A stretch of 64,000 nucleotides of DNA from Ministeria vibrans ATCC 50519. Lineage: Eukaryota > Protista > Filasterea. A program made the translations under genes and the position numbers. This document shows positions 25,932 through 49,797 of the stretch, piece after piece; position 1 is the stretch's first letter; each line of letters opens with the position of its first letter. The notes under the pieces are model-generated. The model searched no databases and was not told the origin of the DNA. It saw nothing but the letters and a program-made list of their open reading frames with translations. The DNA lies in the NCBI GenBank assembly GCA_943704425.1, contig CALSCP010000313.1, positions 232,713 through 296,712 of the forward strand, given 5' to 3'.

Positions 25932-27408
25932 TGTGTAATGTGTATGTATGTGTGTCTTTGTGGGGTGTGTGCGTGTGTTTGCGAAGACATGTGTGCTTAA
26001 TGATTGTGTTTGTGATGTTCGCATACTGCTGTATTTTTGGTCTGCGTGCGTCGAGTACATTTTGTGTTTTCAACATGTCCGTGTTTTCTCTGTTGTTTTC
26101 TCACAATTAATTTTAACACAATAATAATAATTATTATTATGATCACTCTTTCTCCCTAGAAATCCTTGAAGGTTGACTTTTCTCGTTCCATGGTCAATAA
26201 GTTGTTCACAATTGTTCAAAAACGCATGCACAATCAGAGAGATGGAGTGCACATCGAGCCACGCACAGGTGGGTTGACCGTGGGAGAGCATCTTACTGTT
26301 TTGCAACTCATCGCTACACATTGCACAGGGACTGTTGTGGTCGCGGGATTGCCCGGCTCTTTTGCGCTCTTGCGCACCTTTACCCGCAAATCTCTGTGCG
26401 CTACTGTCTCTGGCACTTACGGATCGGATGCCGTCACCTTTGACTATCTTCTCACTGATTGGGAGTACCATGTGCGATGAACAATGCAATGTGTGGCCGC
26501 TGAACTGGTGCTCTTGTAGTACATCCGCCAGGGCGCAGGTAGCGACTGGCGCTCGCGAGATGCCGTCTACGTTGAGATGTTTTACAAAATGGAACAACTC
26601 GCTGAACTTGATCCTATGCTTTTTCTGAAAAGGACACGCGCTTCTTCATCGGTAAAATGATATTATTTAGTATCTGTGCGTCGTTGCTTAGTGTGTGTGT
26701 GTTAGTGTCTTTGTGGTGGGTGTTTGTGAGTGAGTAAGTGAGTGTGTGCTTTTTGTGTCTGTGTGTTGGTGCGCTTGAGCCTGGCTCGGTGTGTGATAAT
26801 GATGATGTTGTTCCTATAGTTCGTGCCTGACGGTCCTATGCACCTTGTGCGTTTTTCGTATGCGCACCATTTCTCACCGCTCAGCAGTACGTCTCACTTG
26901 TTCCATGCACTCTTCTTTCTCGCTGACTTTGATTTGTGTAGCGTATACCACGCGCCACTTTCAGGTGTTCCTGCGGCAGATATTTCGGTCAGCATGGTAT
27001 ACCACGGGGTGTGCGAACGAGAAAATGCCTTCTCTAGGCGAAGCATTGAGGTATGACGGTAGATAGAAGAGTAAGAGAGAAGGAGGGAGAACCAAGCAAA
27101 GCGCGAGAAGAGGGACGAAGAATCGAGAGGAACGAAGAAGAAAGAACCGAAGGGGTAGAAATAGATAGGGTCAGAGAGGAGAGAATTGTAGTGCGCATGA
27201 GGGAGCAACATACTTTGTACGTATGCTAATATGTTGCTTGTGCAGTCGCATACATCCCAACATGACAGATATTCTGGGGGACTGTGATGTCGACATGAGC
27301 CAGCGCGCGCTGAATGTGTCGGGCACCGAACTCCTTGAAATTATGGCCAAGTACGATTCCACCTTCCTGCGCAACTCTTTCGTAGACGAAGAAAGTATTG
27401 AGATGTAA
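25495..27408 (+). CDS. Divergent KsgA/Dim1-fold protein, probable mitochondrial transcription factor B (Mtf1/TFB2M-like); about 8 exons
   Basis: Basic presequence-like N-terminus. VHIEPRTGGLT resembles motif I and VVVAGLP resembles motif IV. GSDWRSRDAVYVEMFYKMEQLA resembles yeast Mtf1 PGMHSRSKCSVVREAF. SFVP and a C-terminal FLRQIF...DMSQRALNVSGTELLEI helical domain follow. Confidence 0.55.
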
Positions 27409-27459
27409 ATGAATTATAATATAGATTAAGTGTGTATTTATTTTGTTCCCATTGGCAAG

Positions 27460-28505
27460 TCAGTAGTAGCGAGAGACGTAGAGAGTGCGCGAGTCGGGCT
27501 TGTAGTGAATGCGGTGAGGGCGATGGGGCGGGAGTAGCAGTGCATGGTCCTGGCCAAGCACAATAGACGCTGCATCGTCCACGTCCACTTGCACTTCCCC
27601 ACGCAAGACCAACAACCACACCTGTTGCAATGGAAATGATAAAAAAAAACATTCAATATGGTGATGCTCTGCAACACCTTCTCGCTCTCACTTGACATAT
27701 CTCTCTTTATCACTTTTTTTTCTAACTCTCTACCATTTTCTCTACCACTTTCTCCTCTCTCTATCATTTTGTTTCTTTCTCTCTATCAGTTTCTCTCTAT
27801 CATTTTGTTTCTTTCTCTCTATCAGTTTCTCTCTATCATTTTGTTTCTTTCTCTCTATCATCTTGTTTCTTTCTCTCTATCAGTTTCTCTCTATCATTTT
27901 GTTTCTTTCGCTCTATCATTTTGTTTCTTTCTCTATCATTGTGTTTCTTTCTCTCTATCATTTCGTAACTTTCTCTCTATCATTGTGTTTCTTTCTCTCT
28001 ATCATTTCGTAACTTTCTCTCTATCATTAGTTTCTTTCTCTATCATTTTGTTTCTTTCTCTCTATCATTTTGTTTCTTTCTCTCTCATCACTCTTCCCTT
28101 TTGTGTCTCTCTGCGGTGTACCTCGTGTTTCAACGTGGTTGGCTCTGTGGGTGCTTCACGGGCCCCGCCGCACACGTTCACTTTAAACTACACACGCAAA
28201 ATGTTAAGATCGACTTGGAACCGCTGAGCGTACTTCACATTCGCCTGAGAATAGGGGCAGTACTGCGCCATCGACAGAGAGCGCGTCGTCGTGCGATTCA
28301 ACCCAATTGGCCAGATGGAACGGCGCCGGGTGTGTCGCACTGTCGACAAAAGGCACAGTCGCCCCTAGGAAGATCGACCACACAATGTATTAAAATAAAT
28401 GTACATGAAAGCGAAGAAATAAAGCGTAACACAATGCTTCCACCATAGCCCAGCACCAAAAAAAAAAAAAAAAAAAAAAAACATGAAGCGCCCGTAGACC
28501 CCCCA

Positions 28506-28540
<35 letters not shown>

Positions 28541-29703
28541 GGTCTAGCAGCGAGCGTACAATACAATGGTACTTGTACATTTTTCATACCATCGGGGAAC
28601 TTTAGTCCATCTGTTTCCGCAACGTCTTGCTTTGAGGGATGTTGATCGAGCACGCTAATGAAGATTAACACAACACATATAGAATGGTGACATGTGGACA
28701 CGAGGTGAGTTGTGCACTCGGCGATGTCGTAAAATTTACTTGCAATGCGGGCAACCACGCTTGCGCTCGTCTGCGTAGTATCCTTCAATGACAGGTTTCA
28801 ACTGGGTGCCTACAAGAGAGGATCACAACGTGATGCTAGAGATTGCCAAAGAAAAACAAACATAAAAAACGCACCAAGATCGACACAGTGGAAGCTGTCC
28901 TCGTACACAATGCGTCGACAGGCACCGCAAAACCATCTCAAGAAATCACGCTCGCTCTCGGTGCGAGTTCGCTCGACAACAAGGCCTACAACCGTAAGTG
29001 TGCATCAGAGGAACATACGTCACACATACGCGCCACAGACACACACCACAGACACAGACCGCAGACACAGGCCACACACACAGGCCACATACACCACAGA
29101 CACACGCCACATACACAAACACATACACACGCACCACAAAGCCTCACACACACACAAGACAAAGACACACACACACACCACAAAGACACACACACATGTA
29201 CCCCATGCGTGCACACGTACCAACCGTATCGGGGTTGCGCTGCGGTGAGTGCGGCACCCGCGCAGGATGCAGGTAGATGTGCCCTTCGCCGATGACCACA
29301 TCCTTAAACGTGTCTCCGTCCTGTATTTTCAACGTCATATCGCCTTTCCGCTGAAGAAACAGCTCCTACACAGACGAGTCCAGCAGCGGCGGGTCAGCAT
29401 ACACAACACAGCGGCGCTGAGAGGGCAGCAGCGACGCACGACAACCCTCGCACCTCGCCCTCATTCACGTGAAAGTCCGTGCGGATATTGGGGCCACCGA
29501 CCCACATAATCTTTAGATCGCAGTCAGTGCCGGCCATGAGCTTGTTGCAGACCGGTGGGCTGAACGCATCGCTAGAGAAAAAGGAGAAAAAAGAAAAGAA
29601 AAATACAAAAGTTGGGATTGGAAGTCGAGAGGGAAAAGAGTCAATACGCATTGGAAGCGAGCCAGTCCTTCACGTTGAAGACTTGGCAGTGTGCTGTAGC
29701 CAT
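27460..29703 (-). CDS. HAAO: 3-hydroxyanthranilate 3,4-dioxygenase, bicupin form that retains CxxC...CxxC
   Basis: [63 protein letters not shown]. Downstream exons read [11 protein letters not shown] and [12 protein letters not shown]...[10 protein letters not shown] (second cupin). Confidence 0.92.
27755..28090. repeat. Intronic minisatellite array, unit ~CTCTCTATCATTTTGTTTCTTT
   Basis: Tandem ~22-nt and shorter variant units inside an HAAO intron; related units occur in other introns. Confidence 0.9.
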
Positions 29704-30367
29704 GACACGCGAAGATGAAAACGAGTGGTCAGTCATCAGTGAGTGGACAGTATTCAGTCTTCTATGTGTCATCTGTAAGCAGTGCCGCAGTGGAGCGACT
29801 TCACACTTTTGACGTTCTTTACGGATCGCTGATGTTGTTCTGGGAAAGTCAGTGAAGTACCTTGAGTCTGTCCTTGACTTTGGTCTTTGTCCTTTGATGG
29901 TGGCCCAATGAAGCGAATCTGTGGATATGAAGAAAAAAAAAACACTCTGTTAAAGTACGAGACTGACTCATTTTGCCGTATGACGTGTCGAGAAACAACT
30001 ATGCGAAAAGACAGAAGCCAACAGACCCCCTGGCCCACACCAGACTGGATACACCAATTCCCCCTAACACCCATGCATGAAGACTGAAAGAGAGTCCACG
30101 GAGGAAAGAGCAGATTTCTCGCTTATCACTGGATCCCAGATGAGATTTTTATTTAGTATTTTTTTCTCTCTCTCTTTTTTTTTTTTTTTGCATTGGCGTT
30201 TGATCACGTGCGACCCGTGACCCTGTTCGCGCCCTCCTGTACCCCGTGTCGTCTTTGGAGATCTTCTTTGCAACGCTGTGCTGCCGGGTGTTCTTCGAAG
30301 TGTCTGCGCGTCGATCGATCGGTCATTTCACCCTTCAAAAAAGAGCTGTTAAGTTCACAGTAGAGCA

Positions 30368-35600
<5,233 letters not shown>

Positions 35601-35909
35601 ATTTTATTTTTTATGATATGCGAGCTTCTCTCCGAGATGAATATTAATATTATATATAATACAATATGTATCTGATTAGAACAAGTCATATTTGAAGTTA
35701 TAATCTCCAATAGAATTAATCATGTTCGTCATCTCTGATCTCACAATTTAAAATAATATTATTACTGTTATTATTATTGTTATTATTATTGTTATTATAG
35801 TATTATTAAAATTAATACTTATGACGTTATTATTAATAATAATTATTTTGGAGTTTGATCTTCTCAAAGACTTCTCTAGTTCTCTTCAGTGCAGTATTCT
35901 CCTTTGGAT

Positions 35910-37152
<1,243 letters not shown>

Positions 37153-37177
37153 GTGTACAGAGGAATAAAAGAAACAT

Positions 37178-37211
<34 letters not shown>

Positions 37212-37284
37212 TAATTATAATAATAAATTAATTATAATAATAATGATATATACATGAAACGCGACGGTTCTGTAACAGAGTAGT

Positions 37285-42186
<4,902 letters not shown>

Positions 42187-42423
42187 GGCCGGCGTGGTGT
42201 CAGGACTCAGGACTCGCCGAGAGACAGGAATACTAAGCGAAGATGATACAAAAATTGATCTCAATCATCTCATTCACATTTAACATATTGTATACAATCA
42301 TAGTCGTTCAAACGAAAGAAAGTAGAGAGGATTCGTGAAAAAGATGAAACAATCTTTTGCTTTGGTATTATTTTATATTCTACTGTACATTCATGACAAA
42401 CGAACGAGGCAATCCAATCGGGA

Positions 42424-43181
42424 TTAGAGCTCTTTAACGTTCGAGCCATAGCCTGAGACGGAGCTAGCTGAACCGCTGGCAAGGAGAGCACCAGCTTCGT
42501 TGTCCTTGATGTCGTTGTCTTCTTCTCCGTCGCCATCGTTTGGACCTTCGTCATGGTCGTCGATGGGAACGTGATCGTTATCAGGAGAGCCTATTTAAGT
42601 TTTGNNNNNNNNNNNNNNNNNNNNNNNNNNNNNNNNNNNNNNNNNNNNNNNNNNNNNNNNNNNNNNNNNNNNNNNNNNNNNNNNNNNNNNNNNNNNNNNN
42701 NNNNNNNNNNNNNNNNNNNNNNNNNNNNNNNNNNNNNNNNNNNNNNNNNNNNNNNNNNNNNNNNNNNNNNNNNNNNNNNNNNNNNNNNNNNNNNNNNNNN
42801 NNNNNNNNNNNNNNNNNNNNNNNNNNNNNNNNNNNNNNNNNNNNNNNNNNNNNNNNNNNNNNNNNNNNNNNNNNNNNNNNNNNNNNNNNNNNNNNNNNNN
42901 NNNNNNNNNNNNNNNNNNNNNNNNNNNNNNNNNNNNNNNNNNNNNNNNNNNNNNNNNNNNNNNNNNNNNNNNNNNNNNNNNNNNNNNNNNNNNNNNNNNN
43001 NNNNNNNNNNNNNNNNNNNNNNNNNNNNNNNNNNNNNNNNNNNNNNNNNNNNNNNNNNNNNNNNNNNNNNNNNNNNNNNNNNNNNNNNNNNNNNNNNNNN
43101 NNNNNNNNNNNNNNNNNNNNNNNNNNNNNNNNNNNNNNNNNNNNNNNNNNNNNNNNNNNNNNNNNNNNNNNNNNNNNNNNN

Positions 43182-43275
<94 letters not shown>

Positions 43276-44226
43276 CGCTCGCTCGCTCGCTTTCGTTTTA
43301 CGGTTGATTGGGCTCGATTGCGGTCGGAGAGTAGACTAACATGGAGGGTATCAAGGTCGGAGGAAGGGCAAAAGTGAGAATCTTCAAGGTCGGCGAGAGA
43401 CTCTTGGAAGTGGTTGGCGGACGGAAAGAGCAAGTGTCCGTCGAGACGGAAGACCAAGACGCCCGACGGTGGTTTCACCAGCGGGAAATCATTGAGGGGC
43501 ACGTAGATGCGCGAACCGGGAGCAGGAAGCTCGCCGACAAGAGATGTGGGAGGTTTGGCGATGTAGTAAAGGGCAATGAGGAGGGTGAAGAGAATAGCAA
43601 GGATCATGCCATACTCGACGCCAAGGAAGAGCACGGCGAGAAACGTGACCACGAGAGTAGAAAAGTCGCGGAAGGAGACGCGCCAGAGCGCCTTGAACGA
43701 GCGAGGATCAAACATGCTAACAACGGCAGAGATGATGATGGCGGCAAGGGCAGCAGACGGAATAAATTGGAAGCTGGGAGTGAGGGCCACAAGAGAAATA
43801 ATCACGACGATGCCGGTGAAGAGGCCGCCGAGTGGAGTGCGCACGCCCGACTGTGAGTTGACGGCGGTGCGACTGAAGCTACCGGTGACGGGATAGGCGC
43901 TGAAGAAGGAGCCGGCGATGTTGCCCAAGCCAATGGCTACAAGCTCCTGGCTCGGATCCACCGTGTACTTGTTGGCTTTGGCAAACGACTTGCCAATTGC
44001 AATACTTTCCAAAAAGCCAATGAGTGCCACAACAATGATCCCGGCCCCGATATCCTACAAAAAATGCGATAAGAATAAAAGGAGGGGCAGAGACAACACA
44101 GAGCACCAAAGAAATAAACAGGTGACAACAAGAGACAGAGGAGGGAGGAGAAAGAAACAAAGTAATAGAGAGAAAAAGAATAGTGTGTGTGTGTGTGACA
44201 AGGCAAGGGAAAGAAAACAACGCGGT

Positions 44227-44259
<33 letters not shown>

Positions 44260-45385
44260 ACGTACGCCAAGTACGCCCGGACTGAGGTCAGGAACCTCAG
44301 GTTTGGGCAGACCTGCAGGCATGGGGCCAATGAGGGTGAGAGGACAAAGAGCAACCGTGCCGTTGGTCATGGTGCCATTAGCGGGCGCTGGCGGTGTGGG
44401 GCAGTTGAAGCCCTGCTGCGAGAGGCCCCAGCCGATGAGACCCGTAACGATAACAAGGATTGCATTGCGAGCTGTGCCAAAAATCCAGAGGACACGCATC
44501 CGACCACGCTTGCCAGCAACCTTCTTTGTGTAGTGCTTGACAACGACAAGCAGCACAAGGCTGATGATGCCCAGAAGCGCATCGAAAGGGCGCGTGTACT
44601 TGATGTGAGCGCAAATATCGTAGACGGCCTCATAGAAGGGCCGCCGAGCCTTGATGCCGAAGATGTGGGGTATTTGCCCTAATGGAGATAAACGAGGAAA
44701 CGTCAGAGAGCAATCGTCGACGATCACAGTGTGGGCATGCATGGCGGCGTGCGCCTGACAATACCGGTTGCAATGGTGATGGCGGCGGCCGACGTGAACC
44801 CCGACACGACCGGGTAGGAGATCCAGTACACCAGGAAGCCCAGGCCAAACAGACCCATTAGCAGCTGCGTGATGCCGCCCATGAAGGACATGGCAATGGC
44901 CAGAGCCGGTCCCTGCGACGCCGGGTATTTCTGCGCGGGATGAGGGTGAGAACAAGGACGAGAAGATAACGAAGAGAAAAAAGAGACGGAAGAAAAAAAG
45001 GAGAGAGTGACAGTTAAAGGGAGAAGGGGATGGGCTTGTGTAGAGGCGATGGTCCACGACGGAGAGATACCGAAAGGGTCGACGCGACGAGGAGGCTCAT
45101 GATGGCCGTGGGGCCCAGGGTGACATCCTTGGCGGTGCCAAAGACCACATAGAGGAAGGGGCCCATGAAGGACGAGTACAGGCCGTATTCGGCAGGCAGA
45201 TCGGCGACTTTGGCGTATGCAAGGGCCTGCGGCACAACCATCATGCCGATGGTCAGGCCCGCAAGGAGGTCGCCGACAATCTTGTTGAGAGTGTACTTTG
45301 GCAACCATTTGCCTATGGGAAAGCGCGCCGCGGTGTACCGCCGAATCTCCGCCGCCGGGTCCACGTACTTGCCCAAGATGTGCAT
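42424..45385 (-). CDS. SLC26/SulP sulfate-anion transporter (SLC26A11-like); part of the STAS domain lies in the gap
   Basis: [101 protein letters not shown] start [13 protein letters not shown]; last exon ...GSNVKEL* beyond the gap. Confidence 0.93.
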
Positions 45386-45525
45386 GCAAAACGATCAATG
45401 AGTGTACTGTGCATTACTGCATTTTTGCAGCGATATTCCATCAAACGAGATCACAAATGCGTTTTGGTGATCCTTTGAAGTTTGACCTTTTGCCTTTTAC
45501 TTGTTCTAACTCGACTCTTGACGGT

Positions 45526-45540
45526 CCTTTTTTTTCCCTT
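45526..45540 (+). promoter_or_regulatory. TCT/5'TOP-like pyrimidine start element of RPL37A, followed by a 5'UTR intron (45550-45611)
   Basis: C-initiated pyrimidine tract CCTTTTTTTTCCCTT, then GTAAG...CTAAC...TAG just before the ATG. Confidence 0.55.
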
Positions 45541-45616
45541 GATTCTACAGTAAGACGCTTGGTGCTTGATGCATGCATGTACGCGCGTGCCCTAACCATG
45601 CTGGGTCGTAGGTACA

Positions 45617-45764
45617 ATGGCGAAGCGTACGAAGAAGGTTGGCGTCGTCGGCAAATACGGACCCCGGTAAGACGCTGCTCCTGCGCTCTATTCGGCGTGC
45701 CGAGTGCCATTGTTGCTATGGGGTTGCGCGCGAGAACGTGTTCACGCAACCGCAATTCAAGCGG

Positions 45765-45820
<56 letters not shown>

Positions 45821-46737
45821 AAAAAAAAAACGACTTTGAACGCGAGACACATGTCCCTTTACTATGACCCTACCCATGTGGTCGGTTGACAGCGCTACGC
45901 CCCACTCGCTGGCCCTGGGTGCGTTTACGCCTCGTATTTGACGACATGTGTATCACTTCTCTTTTTTTTTTTTTTTGTTCTTTTCTCTCTCGCGAGCTGC
46001 TTGCTTCCCTGCAGAACCTCAAACGTTTTGCGATCATGAGGTTCCCCAACATTGTCATTTTGCATGGCCAACGGTGGAAGCAAACTGTGTTTGAACGATA
46101 CTGTGGAATTGTGGATGTATTGGGGCTTGTGGCGTATGGTCGAGGCGACAGAAAAAACTTTGATGGAAGACCCTTGCGTTGGGGTGTACGGGCACGATAG
46201 AGCCGGTGTGCGGGTGGGGGTGGGGGTGTGTGTGGGCGTGGGTGTGCTTAGAGACCGAGTGACAGAGGGTGTGTGTGTGTGTGGCTGTGTCTGTCGGTCT
46301 GTAAAGGTGTCTGACTTTTTTTTTTCTTCTTTTTTTTTTTTCTCCTCTTCTTCGTTTTGTTTTTGACAGATACGGTGCGTCGCTCCGAAAGATCTGCAAG
46401 AAGATTGAGATCACCTCCAAGTCTAAGTACACGTGCCATTTCTGCGGCAAGGTAATCGCTGAGAAGGGAGGGCAGTAGAGTTTTGTGTGTTCTAACGGGT
46501 GAGTTGACTTGTCGTGACAGGACTCTGTCAAGCGAAGTGCTGTCGGTATCTGGAACTGCAAGGGCTGCGGCAAGTCGATCGCTGGCGGTGCTTACACCCT
46601 CAAGTAAGTTTGTGATACTGTGATGCTTCGAAGGAGGTAGTTCTTATATGCTTCTTTCTGTTTTTGTCTATTTTAGCACCATGGCTGCTGTCGCTGTGCG
46701 CACCACCCTCCGTCGTCTTCGTGACACCGCTGAGTAA
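45617..46737 (+). CDS. RPL37A: 60S ribosomal protein eL43 (L37a), 4 coding exons
   Basis: [91 protein letters not shown]. Confidence 0.98.
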
Positions 46738-47057
46738 AACATAAACTGCCCCTTCTTTGTGTTTTTTAAACAAATAAGTTTGCACATGTATGATGTGTAC
46801 TGAGTGTGACAAGCGTGATTCGAGACGCAAGTGACTTTCAACAATGAATTGCAACGCAGTAGACGTTGGTGAAGCGAACGTTCGGGGTATCAAGCAAGAA
46901 GCTCTTTTGAGGATTAAGCACCAATTGGAGTGGTCAGGCTGAACTCGTGAAGCAGTCTCGGACTCTAAATTGACTCATCAATAACTCGAGAATATTAATT
47001 AATGATAATATTTTTTAATTTTTAAATCATTTAATTTTCGCACGTTCGCTTTGTTTC

Positions 47058-49642
47058 ATGCCTGCCAGAAAACGAAAGGCGAGCGAGAGTACGGGGAAAC
47101 ACCTAACGCCAGGGACCGGATCGGGGGCGGACAGGGCCAATTCGTCAGGGCGCAGTAAAAGCACGACGGCAACATTGTCGTCGTGCAGCGCGTCGAATGC
47201 ACTCTCCCGCCTTGCGACGCGTCTGGATGTGGAACAAGACGATGAGTTGGTGCTGGTGGTGGGGCCTGAACTGCGAGAAGAGGCGACGCGTGCCGCTGCA
47301 GAACTGTTTGAAGTTTTGTCTTCGGCCGAGCCGGTGCGCCGCGTGTGTCCTCTCTCTACGCTCGTACGTTTTTAAGATACCGTAGTATGTTGGCGTGTCT
47401 TCCCCTTGTGACCGTGTTGGTATGCTATTGTTCTAGGCAACGCAAGGGCTTGATTGCGAGCAAATTTGGGCCGAGCTCGAATTGCAGAACCGCCCTTTGA
47501 TTGAACATCTTCAGCGCGAAAGTGCACGCGACTTTGACGAGATGGCAGAAGAAAGTGAGGAAGATGGTGAATACGACGACAACGACGACGACGACGACGA
47601 CGAGGAGGAGGAGGAGGAGGAGGAGGAGGAGGAGGAAGAGAGCGAAGAGGACGGTATGAGCGAAGAGGAGAGCGCTGAGGAGGATGCGAGTGACGCAATG
47701 GAGGAAGGTAGTGGGGAGGAGAGTGACGAGGACGGGGATGAAGATGAGAATCGATTCAAGAAGAAGAAGAGCACGAAGAAGCCTTGGTCAAGAATGTCGA
47801 GCGCGGCCGACGATGAGTTTTTCCGTCTGGCGGATATGAAACACTTTGTGTTGGCGCAGGAGCGTGCCGAACGTGTCAACGAACGTCGACTGGCACAAAA
47901 GAGACAGTCGGGTGGGGAGAACGAAGATGATGAGGAGGACGACGATGATATCTTCAGTGACGACGATGCCAATGCTGGGAATGCATTCATGGCAAAGGGG
48001 CGTAGCGACACTGCGAAGACGCGTGACGACGACGAGGACGACAATGAAGACGACGACGACGGCATCGATTACTTCTCAAGCACACTAGGTGTCGAGAACG
48101 ATGACGACGAAGAGGGACAAGAAGAGGAGGAGGGGGACGACGACGACGAGGTGGAGTTTGGAGAAGCGCTTGCACGGGAGCGCGACACGACGAGCAGCAC
48201 GACCACCAAGGCACCGAAGATTTGCTACGAAGACTTTTTTGGGCCCAGATCGGAGGACGAAGAAGAAGAGGAGGAGGAGAGCAAGGGTGAATATGATGAG
48301 GACGAGGAAGACGACGCGGACGAGGGACACATGAGCAAGAGAAGACGAGTGGAGGCGGAGGAGGAGGAGGAAGAGGAAGAGCGAAACGAGCACGACGAGG
48401 CATTGTCGTCGTTCCAACGACGACAGGATCGACTGGCTGAGGATGTGGCTCGTCTGGAGGAGAGCAACCTGAAAGGACGGTCGTGGCAGCTGCTTGGTGA
48501 AGCGTCGGTCCGCGATCGACCTGTCGGAGCTTTGCTGAGCGAAGACATTGAGTTTGAACGGACGACTCGCGCAGCACCTGTGATTACCGAGGAGACAACG
48601 CGCACGCTTGAAGACACTATCAAGCAGCGGGTGCTGGACGGTGTCTTTGACGATGTTGTGGCGCGACAGACGTTGGTGCCGTCGGCGATTCCACTGGTGC
48701 GCGAACGACAGAAGCGCGTGCAGGAGATGGAGCTGAGCGACGAGAAGAGCAAGCGGTCGTTGGCCGAAGAGTACGAGGACATGTACGTGCAGGAAGCGGC
48801 CAAGCTGCGTGCAGTGGAGCAGCGCACCCGTGACAAACACTCGGGTGACATCAACGCAGACGGGACGCAGACGGCGAGCGAGCGTGCTCAGGACGCTGAC
48901 CACGACGAAGTCCGTCTCATGTTCTCGGCGCTCTGTCGCCAACTTGACGCACTCACCAACTTTGTGCACACACCGCGTCCGCCCGTCCACAGCGAACTCA
49001 AAGTTGCTAAAGGCGCCGAAGTGCCTGCTATATCTCTCGAGGAAGTCACGCCAGGTATTGAAAATACATATTGGAACGCAATCAGCGTTGGACATGCTGT
49101 GTGTGACATTGACTTTGTCATGTTGTTTCTCTCTGTTTCCTAGGACATGTGGCGGAGACGTCGCTTCTGGCCCCTGGCGAAGTGTATGCCAAACCCAAGG
49201 GTGACGTGACCGGCGACACCGAGATGACCGAGACTGACCGGGCGCGTCACAGACGCGAGAAAAAGCGACGACAGAAGCAGAAGCGAGTTGCACGGGTACA
49301 CAAACTCTTTCAGTTTCTGACCGGTTTTCCAGACGTTCTTTGTGTTCTAACTTTCTTGTTTTTTCTTTGTAGGAGAAGCGCGAAGCAGCTGCCACGGGGT
49401 CTATGAGCAAGCGAGCGGCACAACACAAAGCACAAGAGTTGGCCAAGGGCAATAAGAATATTTCGTTGAGCGGAAGCAAGGGAAGTGATGCAAGCGGCAG
49501 TTTCCGAACGTCGTCTGCCGTCTTTTCGCAATTGCAAGCAGAACAACAAACGTCGTCGTCGAGTCGTGATGCAGCCGCAAAGAAGAAGAAGCTGAAGGAT
49601 CAACGCGACAGCAATGCTACTGCTTCGCGTCTCAAGTTGTAA
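47058..49642 (+). CDS. MPP10: U3 snoRNP protein Mpp10
   Basis: EQIWAELELQN, DDEFFRLADM, acidic tracts, LSSFQRRQ..LEE..WQLLGE..RP..LL.EDIEFE, APVITEETT..LED.IKQR, KSKRSLAEEYE, LDALTNF, LEEVTP, LLAPGEVY, C-terminal LKL. Confidence 0.95.
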
Positions 49643-49760
49643 AGATAAATAAACAAAAATGTTGCGTTTCTTTGTTATTATTATTATTCTTATTCTTATG
49701 CAACTTGTCAGGCATGCGACATCTTTCCAATATTATTGATAAAATAATAATAATAATAAC

Positions 49761-49797
<37 letters not shown>

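Noticed and set aside
27755-28090. Regular repeats as a possible CRISPR array
   Set aside because: Degenerate tandem units without unique spacers, inside a eukaryotic intron, with no cas genes
45491-45500. TGCCTTTTAC matches U5 snRNA loop 1
   Set aside because: No flanking stem or Sm site; it lies in a pyrimidine-rich bidirectional promoter
46037-46130. GGTTCCCC...GGGGCTT resembling RNase MRP helix P4
   Set aside because: Spacing (~75 nt) is too short and the other conserved regions are missing
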